Part shown: piece by piece, positions 9,489-17,251 of the stretch
Numbering within the stretch: position 1 is the stretch's first letter
Layout of the letters: every line of letters begins with the position of its first letter
Assembly: GCA_017457865.1 (NCBI GenBank)
Contig: JAFTGN010000095.1
Coordinates: 20,062-84,061 of the forward strand
Length of the DNA stretch: 64,000 bases
Origin: Lachnospiraceae bacterium
Lineage (GTDB): Bacteria; Bacillota; Clostridia; Lachnospirales; Lachnospiraceae
Direction: 5' to 3'
Position numbers and translations under genes: made by a program
The notes under the pieces: model-generated
Told to the model about the DNA's origin: nothing
The model's input: only the letters and a program-made list of their open reading frames with translations
Database searches by the model: none

Positions 9489-9655
9489 ATGCTGTCTTCG
9501 TTCGCAATATGGCTTTCTCAGACAAGCTTTCGCCAAGTGAAAACGCAACGGATACTAACCTTTTTGTTCGCTATCCCGCTCCAAAAAGCAAGTACCGGCG
9601 TTTTCAATGGCCTTCAAAAGCCATATTTGCCTCCCTGGACAGCACACATCAAATT
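9489..9655 (+). repeat. Long-hairpin intergenic repeat, family A copy 1
   Basis: GCTGTC...GACAGC outer closure, ATATGGCTTT/AAAGCCATAT stem, and a GGATACTAAC.TTTTT / AAAAAGCAAGTACC inner stem. Collinear with the copies at 57832-57997 and 60386-60551. Confidence 0.7.
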
Positions 9656-9982
9656 TTTTGCAGAGTTTCACAAGTGCCCATGTTGCCAAATCAACATTAC
9701 ATCCTCAAGTCACCTTCCTCCATGGAATTTTTGCTTGCAAAACTCTCACAAAATAGGAATTTCGAAACAATGACCCAAAATCAGCCTGTTTTTGCGCACA
9801 CAAAAAGAGAGGGAATGAGAATGTAATTTACTTTTGGCAACACAAAAAAACAGTCGCACATTTCTGTACATACTGTGGTTTACGATTCGTGTTTTCAAAA
9901 GCAAATTACTTCCTCATCTTTTCACCCCTCTCCCAGTTATGGTTTTATTATAATTGTATCATCCAAACTTGTCAATGAAAAA

Positions 9983-11635
9983 CTACTCTCTCATATCCAC
10001 CACGGTTGTAATCCCTTCTCCTATATTGGGATGCATCACAGAATAACCAAAGTCTATTGCAAACAAAATCAGCAGAATGACACATATTCTTTTTCGAATG
10101 GTGATGGAAATCCGATTGCATATATTGGCAAATAATGGCGCAAACAGATATGTCGCCGTCACCCCTGCAAATCCAAACACCAGCAGACCCTCCAGACAGA
10201 TTCTGCCATGAATATTCAGAAAGTAACCGCTGTAATCCCACCATCGTTCATGCCAGAAGGTTTCCAGAATCCATGCAGTCATATATTCAATGAAGCCAGC
10301 CAGGATCATGGTGCCGCCAAATAACAGCAGCGGCTTCTCCCGCAGTCGTTGCAGGCAGATCAAGACCAGCACCCCTCCTGTACCGTAAATGGGCAGCCAG
10401 GGACCAAACATAGTTCCTCTGTTGGCAAATTCTCCTGTACTGACCAGAGCCAGAAACACTTCCCATATCCAGCCGGCAAAAGAAAAGGTAAAAAACAGCA
10501 GAATACATGTGGTAAGACTATACTTCTTATGATAGTCCACTGGATATTCTTCCATAAACAGCCATTTTCTTTTTTCAGAAAATGGAATCACATATCCTTC
10601 TTCCGGATAAGCGGTATCGATGGGTTCCGGAATGTCTAAAAGCCGGTCAGCAATCCATTTTGTCCGCTGTAACTCTGCCATCTTCTCCTCACGCAGATTC
10701 ATATATAACTCAGTATAAATACAAGCTCTGTAAGGATCCAAAAAGAATACAGTCGTCAGATTATAGGTAAAGGCACCGACCACATACCAGGGAATCAGGG
10801 TACAGTCTAATTTGAAGGTATTCCATTTCTGCCCCATCATCAGCTGTTTCGATAACGCAAAGGCATCCTTTCGGGAAATAGAAGGATTTTCTGCCAGCAG
10901 ATAGGGAATCATGGCATACTCATAATATTTCACAAATCCCCCTACTATGGTCAAATCCCATAAAATCTGATACACATACCGCAACAGCATGATCCACGCC
11001 ACATGTCTGGTCATCCCCATCCGGTAAATGGACAAAATGCTGTTTGGTTTTGTTCGTTCATATCGCCTGTTTTCCAGAAAATACCGACTCTGTCCCACCA
11101 ACATGGCATTGCCGATGAAAATCTGAAACAACAAATACAACACAGCCATCACAAAAATCGTCACGGATGCCGCAATTTTCCCCTGAAATACAATTTTATT
11201 GATGCCATTTAAAATCCCAAATCCAAAAGACTTGGTTCCTGTCACTTCATTGACAAAAACCGCCAGTACCCCTCGTGTGTATTTCTCACCTGTGGTATCT
11301 GCATGCACATCCACAGGCCAGATATTTCGAAACAGTTCCCCCAAAATTTCCGCATTGGAAATTTTATCCTTGTCTTTTGCAAAGGTAATGATATTTCCAA
11401 TCTGGCTCACCGGCTGAAACCGGCTGGTATAACTATATCCTCCGTGAAGCAGCATGGTTACCAGAAACACCACCAGCACATTGATAAAATAATGCCGTCT
11501 CAGTGTACCCCTTGCATCACGTTTCAACTCTCTTCTTGTTTTCATATGTTTCTTATTGTTTCCCTCATTCCCTCTTCTGTTGCAAACTTCTTGTAATTGT
11601 TCTGTATCTTCACAGTTACAATCGTTCGAATTCAT
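9983..11635 (-). CDS. Integral membrane protein, DUF975-like N-terminal region fused to a CmpB-like (putative ABC-transporter type IV, PF06541-like) C-terminal region
   Basis: The 550-aa ORF has RRELKRDARGTLRRHYF plus multiple TM helices, typical of DUF975. The C-terminal part has FIEYMTAWILETFWHERWWDYSGYFLNIHGRICLEG. The true start is uncertain (11635, or the internal MKTRREL). Confidence 0.5.
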   Translation of the reverse strand: MNSNDCNCEDTEQLQEVCNRRGNEGNNKKHMKTRRELKRDARGTLRRHYFINVLVVFLVTMLLHGGYSYTSRFQPVSQIGNIITFAKDKDKISNAEILGELFRNIWPVDVHADTTGEKYTRGVLAVFVNEVTGTKSFGFGILNGINKIVFQGKIAASVTIFVMAVLYLLFQIFIGNAMLVGQSRYFLENRRYERTKPNSILSIYRMGMTRHVAWIMLLRYVYQILWDLTIVGGFVKYYEYAMIPYLLAENPSISRKDAFALSKQLMMGQKWNTFKLDCTLIPWYVVGAFTYNLTTVFFLDPYRACIYTELYMNLREEKMAELQRTKWIADRLLDIPEPIDTAYPEEGYVIPFSEKRKWLFMEEYPVDYHKKYSLTTCILLFFTFSFAGWIWEVFLALVSTGEFANRGTMFGPWLPIYGTGGVLVLICLQRLREKPLLLFGGTMILAGFIEYMTAWILETFWHERWWDYSGYFLNIHGRICLEGLLVFGFAGVTATYLFAPLFANICNRISITIRKRICVILLILFAIDFGYSVMHPNIGEGITTVVDMRE

Positions 11636-11790
11636 GGTAAAAATCTATTTACAGCTTCCCTTCTGTAAAAATCCTATATATCAGTATACCATAAAACGGA
11701 GAAAGATTTAACCCCTATTTTGATTTCTTTGTGTCATTGGAAAAGCCCTATTACGCAAAGCGTATTCCACAAAATAGTACCGATCCTTTT

Positions 11791-11840
11791 CAACAACAAA
11801 ACAGGCCATGTATCATACCTTTTCATACACAGCCTGTTTC
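11791..11840 (-). terminator. Intrinsic terminator closing a structured region downstream of the B3/4 gene
   Basis: The minus strand reads AAACAGGCTGTGTATGA...TGATACATGGCCTGTTTTGTTGTT, a long GC-anchored stem followed by a U-rich tract. Confidence 0.55.
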
Positions 11841-11857
11841 ATATTTTTATGTATTTC

Positions 11858-11884
11858 GTAACTGTTCAGTACCCTCACAGTTAC
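11858..11884. repeat. Short conserved hairpin (family B): GTAACTGT-11 nt-ACAGTTAC
   Basis: Perfect 8-bp stem. The loop on the minus strand is GAGGGTACTGA. The stem covaries with the copy at 14369-14395 (GTCACTGT/ACAGTGAC). Confidence 0.5.
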
Positions 11885-12016
11885 GGGCAAAAATCTATTC
11901 CATATCGACTCCGTCGATGGGATTTTTGCCTGCATAACTCAGGATTTTGCTTCGCAAAACCTTCGCGAAATATTGAATCCTGAATAGTTACTGTATTTCT
12001 TTTTCTCTTCACCATG

Positions 12017-12700
12017 CTATTTTACTTCCGGTACTACGATTTCTCCCACGCCACCACAATACTGCACCGTTGTATCAATCAATCGTTGTGCAGTTTCCTG
12101 TAACAGTTCATCCGGTGTGGCGGCATTTCCCTGCACGATATAGAATACATTCCTGGCATTCTGATCCACTGCCGTCTTATTGACCTGACGAATTTCCAGA
12201 CGGCACAGCACTTCGTTGGCATCATCGCAATAGCTGTATTCATGTGGATTCACCGGTACCGGCTCTGTCTGTCCCAATGGCACGAAACGCTCGGAACCAT
12301 CTGTAAACCGAAGGGTTACATTGCCGTCTACCTTATCTATGTTGTGTGCCCCAAGTGCCAGCTTGCTCTCTAAGGAAATCAGGTTGTAAATATCCACTGC
12401 CTGATTGATGTAAAACATGTCCCCCTGCCCCTTCTTTAACAGTTTGATTAAATTTTCACTTGCCGGAATGTTCTTTCTTCTCTTTACTCCGGTGTTGTCA
12501 TGTAAAATATGGAATCCTTCCAGAATCGGGTCTGCATGTACATCCAGATCCTTGTACGCTTCATACAGCTGTGCCAACCGCTCTGTCCGATAGGTCTGCC
12601 ACTCCGGACTGTCTGTCTCATTGTGAATGCCTCTGATGACCGGAAACAGAATTTTCACCCCCGCATCTAATACTGCCTGTTCTACAAAAAATTGACTCAT
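12017..12700 (-). CDS. B3/B4 tRNA-binding domain protein (PheT editing-domain-like, free-standing)
   Basis: The 227-aa size and pattern fit the stand-alone B3_4 domain proteins related to the phenylalanyl-tRNA synthetase beta subunit. RBS AAGGGAGGA. Confidence 0.6.
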   Translation of the reverse strand: MSQFFVEQAVLDAGVKILFPVIRGIHNETDSPEWQTYRTERLAQLYEAYKDLDVHADPILEGFHILHDNTGVKRRKNIPASENLIKLLKKGQGDMFYINQAVDIYNLISLESKLALGAHNIDKVDGNVTLRFTDGSERFVPLGQTEPVPVNPHEYSYCDDANEVLCRLEIRQVNKTAVDQNARNVFYIVQGNAATPDELLQETAQRLIDTTVQYCGGVGEIVVPEVK

Positions 12701-12781
12701 TGATATGCATCCTCCCTTTATTTCAAAAACACATGCTATGTGGTAGCTGATTTGTTACCTAGACTGTTTCTATTACAAAGA

Positions 12782-12810
12782 ATTATAAAACTCATATCCT
12801 ATCATGTCAA
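12782..12810 (-). promoter_or_regulatory. Consensus sigma-A promoter for the B3/4 gene
   Basis: Minus strand: TTGACA, 17 nt, TATAAT. Both hexamers are perfect, with the -10 about 80 nt upstream of the 12700 start. Confidence 0.6.
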
Positions 12811-12914
12811 TATGTTTAATAGGGATTATTTTCAGAATAAAACCACACATAAAAATAGATATATAGGATACAAAATTGTACCGCTATATATCTATCTTAT
12901 CATCACGATTTCAT

Positions 12915-12944
12915 ACCCTCACAGTTACAGGCAAAGTTCTATTA
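12915..12944. repeat. Partial family B repeat (3' arm plus flank only)
   Basis: ACCCTCACAGTTACAGGCAAAGTTCTATTAC here versus ACCCTCACAGTTACGGGCAAAAATCTATTCC at 11871-11901. The 5' arm of the hairpin is missing. Confidence 0.4.
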
Positions 12945-14243
12945 CGCCTCTTCTCCAAACTCATAATCATTTCCCGGCAAAACTGCATTAAACAGAATGC
13001 CAAGCAGGGAAGCGATTGCCAGACCGGACAGGTTGATGTCTGTACCGGCGATGGTGAAGGTGATGCCGCCGATGGAATTGAATCCCAGTGCGCTGACCAG
13101 AATCACCGCAACGATGATCAGGTTCCGGCTTTTATTTAAGTCTACCTGCTTCTCTACCAGATTGCGGACACCGATACCGGAAATCATACCGTACAGAATC
13201 AGGGACACACCGCCGATGATGGCTGTAGGCACAGAGTTAATCACGGAAGCAAATACCGGTGAGAAAGAAAACAGGATGGCAAAACATGCCGCAATCCGTA
13301 CTACCTTGGGATCGTATACACGGCTCAGTACCAGTACACCGGTATTCTCTCCATAAGTGGTATTGGCAGGTGCACCAAACAAAGCCGCCAGACTGGTTGC
13401 CAGACCATCTCCTAACAAGGTTCTGTGCAGACCGGGATCTTTGATGTAGTTCTGACCGGTGGTGGCACCAATGGCAGAAATATCCCCGATATGCTCCATC
13501 ATGGTTGCCAGTGCAATGGGCATAATGGTCAAAACGGCAGACACATCAAACTTTGCCATAGCAGACAGCTTGATGGGACTGCCAATCCATCCGCCCAGAA
13601 AGCCGCCAGAGGCCGTTTCCTTTACAGCAGTGAAATCTACCTTTCCTGCAATCAGCGCAATGACATAAGAGCCTACCACACCGATCATGATCGGGATGAT
13701 CTTCACCATACCCTTTCCCCAGATGTTGCAGATCACAATGATCAGAAAGGCAACGATTGCCAGCCACCAGCAGGTGGAACAGTTGGCGATGGCAGACGGT
13801 GCCAGTATCAAACCAATGGAAATGATGATGGGACTGGTCACTGCCGGTGGGAAGAAACGCATAACTTTCTTCACCCCTACCAGTTTGATCAGACCGGATA
13901 GCACCAGATAGATCAAACCAGCGCAAAGCACACCGCCGCAGGCATAAGGCAGCATTTCCGTATTGGGTGCCCCGTCGATCATCGGTGCAACAGCCGCATA
14001 CCCGCCTAAGAATGCAAAGGAAGAACCGAGAAATGCAGGTACCTTTCCCTTGGTCAGGAAATGAAATAACAGCGTACCGATACCTGCAAATAACAGTGTG
14101 GTGGACACACTCAAACCGGTAAGCAACGGTACCAGTACGGTGGCGCCAAACATAGCAAAGGTATGCTGCAAGCCAAGAATAAGCATCTTCGGCACACCCA
14201 GCTGTCTGGCATCATAAATGGGTTCGTTGTAATTTTGAGACAT
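12942..14243 (-). CDS. uraA: Uracil permease (NCS2 family)
   Basis: LGLQHTFAMFGATVLVPLLTG signature and about 12 TM helices. The ATG at 14243 (MSQNYNEP) is preceded by GAAAGGATGG. It is divergent from upp. Confidence 0.8.
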   Translation of the reverse strand: MSQNYNEPIYDARQLGVPKMLILGLQHTFAMFGATVLVPLLTGLSVSTTLLFAGIGTLLFHFLTKGKVPAFLGSSFAFLGGYAAVAPMIDGAPNTEMLPYACGGVLCAGLIYLVLSGLIKLVGVKKVMRFFPPAVTSPIIISIGLILAPSAIANCSTCWWLAIVAFLIIVICNIWGKGMVKIIPIMIGVVGSYVIALIAGKVDFTAVKETASGGFLGGWIGSPIKLSAMAKFDVSAVLTIMPIALATMMEHIGDISAIGATTGQNYIKDPGLHRTLLGDGLATSLAALFGAPANTTYGENTGVLVLSRVYDPKVVRIAACFAILFSFSPVFASVINSVPTAIIGGVSLILYGMISGIGVRNLVEKQVDLNKSRNLIIVAVILVSALGFNSIGGITFTIAGTDINLSGLAIASLLGILFNAVLPGNDYEFGEEA

Positions 14244-14256
14244 AAAAAACAACCAT

Positions 14257-14438
14257 CCTTTCTTTTGTGTCCGGGCAGAAAGAAAGGTTTCCCTGCTGAT
14301 TGGATACAGTATGAGAAACCTCCTTGTCCCGACAGTTTGATTTCGCACGGATTCGATCAAAGCCTTTTGTCACTGTTCGACACCCTCACAGTGACATATT
14401 TTTCCATCAGCGTTTCCTGATGGCTCAAACCAGAATCC
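14257..14438 (-). promoter_or_regulatory. Structured 5' leader of the uracil permease gene (candidate riboswitch-like element plus SD-sequestering helix)
   Basis: A helix of about 16 bp (14349-14364 with 14422-14438) encloses two hairpins, giving a three-way junction. Downstream, CCTTTCTTT can pair with AAAGAAAGG, which overlaps the RBS. Pairings were found by eye only. Confidence 0.35.
14369..14395. repeat. Short conserved hairpin (family B): GTCACTGT-11 nt-ACAGTGAC
   Basis: Perfect 8-bp stem with minus-strand loop GAGGGTGTCGA. It forms one arm of the three-way junction in the uracil permease leader. Confidence 0.5.
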
Positions 14439-14453
14439 TTACTCTTATCCCCT

Positions 14454-14482
14454 ATGTTAAATCCTTCCCGGCAATTTGTCAA
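14454..14482 (-). promoter_or_regulatory. Candidate promoter of the uracil permease gene
   Basis: Minus strand: TTGACA, 17 nt, TAACAT. It sits back to back with the upp promoter. Confidence 0.45.
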
Positions 14483-14488
14483 GAATAA

Positions 14489-14517
14489 TTGACGAATTCT
14501 TCTCTTTGCAGTATCAT
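14489..14517 (+). promoter_or_regulatory. Candidate promoter of upp
   Basis: TTGACG, 17 nt, TATCAT. The two -35 boxes form an inverted repeat, TTGTCAA-GAATAA-TTGACGA. Confidence 0.45.
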
Positions 14518-14655
14518 AGTATTAGGCATTTTGTCTAAGAATCTTGTGTTCCAATACAAGACACACACTGTTTCGGAATTAGAATTATGTAAAAAGTTTA
14601 TATACTCCAAACACCGAAACGTTACACGAAGGAAAGAAACAGGAGGATTTTCCCT

Positions 14656-15291
14656 ATGGAAATGAACAACGTAACCATCATTCAGCACCCACTGATTCAA
14701 CACAAAATTTCTATTTTACGCAATAAAGAAACCGGTACCAACGAGTTCCGTACTCTGGTAGAGGAAATCGCCATGTTGATGGGCTATGAGGCATTCCGTG
14801 ACCTGCCCACCGAGCTGGTAGAGATTGAGACACCCATTGAAACCACCAGGCAGCCGATGATCGCCGGAAAGAAACTGGCAGTGGTACCCATTCTCCGGGC
14901 CGGTCTGGGTATGGTCAGCGGTATTCTGGCTCTGGTGCCCTCTGCAAAGGTGGGACACATCGGTCTGTACCGGGATGAAACGACCCATGAGCCCCATGAA
15001 TATTATTGCAAACTGCCGGAAAACATTGACAAGCGTACCATCGTGGTAGTGGACCCTATGCTGGCAACCGGCGGCTCTGCTGTGGCTGCTGTGGCTTTCA
15101 TCAAACAGCGTGGCGGCAGGGACATCAAATTCCTCTCCATCATCGCCGCACCGGAGGGCATTGAGCGGCTCATGACAGCCCATCCGGATATCCAGCTGTA
15201 CTGCGGCTGTATGGACCGGGAGCTGAATGAAAATGCATACATCTGTCCAGGTCTGGGGGATGCAGGTGACCGCATCTTTGGTACAAAGTAA
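14656..15291 (+). CDS. upp: Uracil phosphoribosyltransferase
   Basis: The 211-aa ORF has the [18 protein letters not shown]-terminus and the [16 protein letters not shown]-binding loop. RBS AGGAGG. Confidence 0.9.
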   Translation: MEMNNVTIIQHPLIQHKISILRNKETGTNEFRTLVEEIAMLMGYEAFRDLPTELVEIETPIETTRQPMIAGKKLAVVPILRAGLGMVSGILALVPSAKVGHIGLYRDETTHEPHEYYCKLPENIDKRTIVVVDPMLATGGSAVAAVAFIKQRGGRDIKFLSIIAAPEGIERLMTAHPDIQLYCGCMDRELNENAYICPGLGDAGDRIFGTK

Positions 15292-15764
15292 TGAATAAAA
15301 CCAATGCAATGCGTCTGTTGGATCGGGATGGCATTTCCTATCGCACAAAAGAATACGAAGTGGACGAGTCTGATCTGTCCGGAGAGCATGTAGCCGCCCA
15401 GCTGGGTCTGCCTGTAGAGCAGGTGTTCAAAACACTGGTGACCCGTGGCGAAAAAAATGGCATCATGGTATTCTGTATTCCTGTGGCAGAGGAACTGGAT
15501 TTCAAGAAACTGGCCACCCTGACCAAAGACAAGAAAGTAGAGATGATTCATGTGAAGGAACTGCTGGGCCTCACCGGCTATATCCGGGGCGGCTGCTCTC
15601 CCATCGGCATGAAAAAGAAATATCCCACATGGATTGATGAAACTGCCATCTTATTTGACGAAATCTATGTGAGCGGCGGCGTGCGTGGCTGTCAGATCGT
15701 CATCAACCCGGAGGATCTGGCAGGATGCGTGGAAGCAGAATTTGCAGATTTGACGAAGTTGTAA
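15291..15764 (+). CDS. ybaK: Cys-tRNA(Pro)/Cys-tRNA(Cys) deacylase YbaK
   Basis: 157 aa, with the TNAMRLLD...FKTL...GG.SPIG pattern of YbaK trans-editing proteins. TAATG overlap with the upp stop. Confidence 0.8.
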   Translation: MNKTNAMRLLDRDGISYRTKEYEVDESDLSGEHVAAQLGLPVEQVFKTLVTRGEKNGIMVFCIPVAEELDFKKLATLTKDKKVEMIHVKELLGLTGYIRGGCSPIGMKKKYPTWIDETAILFDEIYVSGGVRGCQIVINPEDLAGCVEAEFADLTKL

Positions 15765-15767
15765 AAC

Positions 15768-15817
15768 GAATCCCCGGTCAGTATTCCTCATTTTCAGAGG
15801 ATACTGACCGGGGATTC
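15768..15817. terminator. Bidirectional hairpin between convergent genes
   Basis: GAATCCCCGGTCAGTAT / ATACTGACCGGGGATTC is a perfect 17-bp stem with a 16-nt loop. Confidence 0.6.
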
Positions 15818-15821
15818 AATG

Positions 15822-17162
15822 TTACATTTCTTCCTGCCCCTGCCACATGGCATCAAATAATACACTACGGTCTTCTGTGGTTACGTTTTCATGGAACCAG
15901 CTCACCACCGTCTTCTGGAAAATCACTTTGATTTCTTCATTTGGAATTTTCAAAAAAACCTTTCCCTGTTCCGGCATGCTTCCTTCCGGCAGATCAGACG
16001 GATTTACCTGCGTCAGATAACCGGTCAGATACAGCAGACTCCACAGATTTGCCTCCGAAGAATGGATGGCATCATAGGTCAGATTTTCTTCTATCGTTTC
16101 TTCAATATAGCCGCCTGCAAGCAGTGTCTCAAACTTTTCATTCACATCCAGCTCCGGGCGACTGCCATCATTTGCCACCTGAATAAATGTACGCAAAATA
16201 TCATTGTGGCTGGTATTTTCCCAGTAATGTTTCGGCAAAGCTGTAGGATTGTCCTGCAAGGCATTCACATGATTCAATACATCCCATGGACAATAAATGT
16301 GGATACTGCCAAACCGGTATCCATCATACCAGCGTTTCATTTCCTCTGCATGATCCGTAAAACCGGTATCCTGTAACAATCTCGCAACCTCTTCTTTTGT
16401 GAAGCCCATATACTCATTGAACCGGTCACCGGTAATATTGTCCGAAACAAAATTGTTGGCACCGGTAAAAATGCTTTCATTGGCAATCCGCAGACAGCCG
16501 GTGATGACAGCAAACTTTAGAAACGGATTCGACTTCAATGTTTTATTCAGCAATCCACGCATGAGATTCAGCATTTCCTGATAAAATCCATTTTCATTTG
16601 CCTTTGCAAGAGGCACATCATATTCATCCATCAAAAGAATGACCTGTTTTCCAAAATGTGCCTCCATCATGCGCATCAACACATGAAGAGAGGTTTGCAG
16701 TTCCACATCATCTGCTTCCCGCCGAAGCAGCGTTTCAAAAAATGCTTTATCCTCTGCCTTTACCTCTTCACTTTCCAAAAGATAACGATGCTGGTAGCAC
16801 AAATCAGAAATGCACATTGCCAGTTTCTTTTTGGCATCTGCCAATTGCAGATCATCTACTTCTTTCAAAGTCAGAAAAATCACCGGCCACTGATTCTGCC
16901 ACTTTTCACACAGATTCTTTTGTTCAGAAATATGCAATCCGGCAAACAAACTTCTGCTGTCTGTTCGAATGTCAAAAAAATGTGCCAGCATATCCATTGC
17001 CAGTGTCTTTCCAAAACGTCTGGGACGGGTAATCAAATTCACCTGGAATGTCTTTCGCAGCAACTCCGCAATCATATCCGTCTTATCAATGTAATAATAG
17101 CCCTCTGTCCGAATCTGATCAAACCGATCAATTCCAAGAGGCATTACAGGTTGATTGGTCAT
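15822..17162 (-). CDS. Predicted AAA-ATPase (PF09820-like) with C-terminal PD-(D/E)XK nuclease-like domain (PDDEXK_9-like)
   Basis: The N-terminus MPLGIDRFDQIR..GYYYIDKT....L......ITRPRRFGKTL is typical of this family. The ATG at 17162 is preceded by AGAGGGGA. Confidence 0.65.
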   Translation of the reverse strand: MTNQPVMPLGIDRFDQIRTEGYYYIDKTDMIAELLRKTFQVNLITRPRRFGKTLAMDMLAHFFDIRTDSRSLFAGLHISEQKNLCEKWQNQWPVIFLTLKEVDDLQLADAKKKLAMCISDLCYQHRYLLESEEVKAEDKAFFETLLRREADDVELQTSLHVLMRMMEAHFGKQVILLMDEYDVPLAKANENGFYQEMLNLMRGLLNKTLKSNPFLKFAVITGCLRIANESIFTGANNFVSDNITGDRFNEYMGFTKEEVARLLQDTGFTDHAEEMKRWYDGYRFGSIHIYCPWDVLNHVNALQDNPTALPKHYWENTSHNDILRTFIQVANDGSRPELDVNEKFETLLAGGYIEETIEENLTYDAIHSSEANLWSLLYLTGYLTQVNPSDLPEGSMPEQGKVFLKIPNEEIKVIFQKTVVSWFHENVTTEDRSVLFDAMWQGQEEM

Positions 17163-17251
17163 ATATCCCCTCTTTTTTCTTTTTTTTACAATTATAGACA
17201 AGCATAAAACTCTTTCATCAGACCAGAAATTTCCCGGATTTTTTCATCTTG

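Noticed and set aside
9489-9655. Whether the recurring hairpin repeats could be a CRISPR array or its remnants.
   Set aside because: The copies are 155-200 nt long and dispersed tens of kb apart. They are not separated by short unique spacers, and no cas genes are present.
14244-14447. PyrR-binding attenuator or purine riboswitch in the uracil permease leader.
   Set aside because: I could not find the PyrR loop consensus (UCCAGAGAGGCU) or the purine-riboswitch junction and loop motifs. The leader is kept only as an unclassified structured leader.
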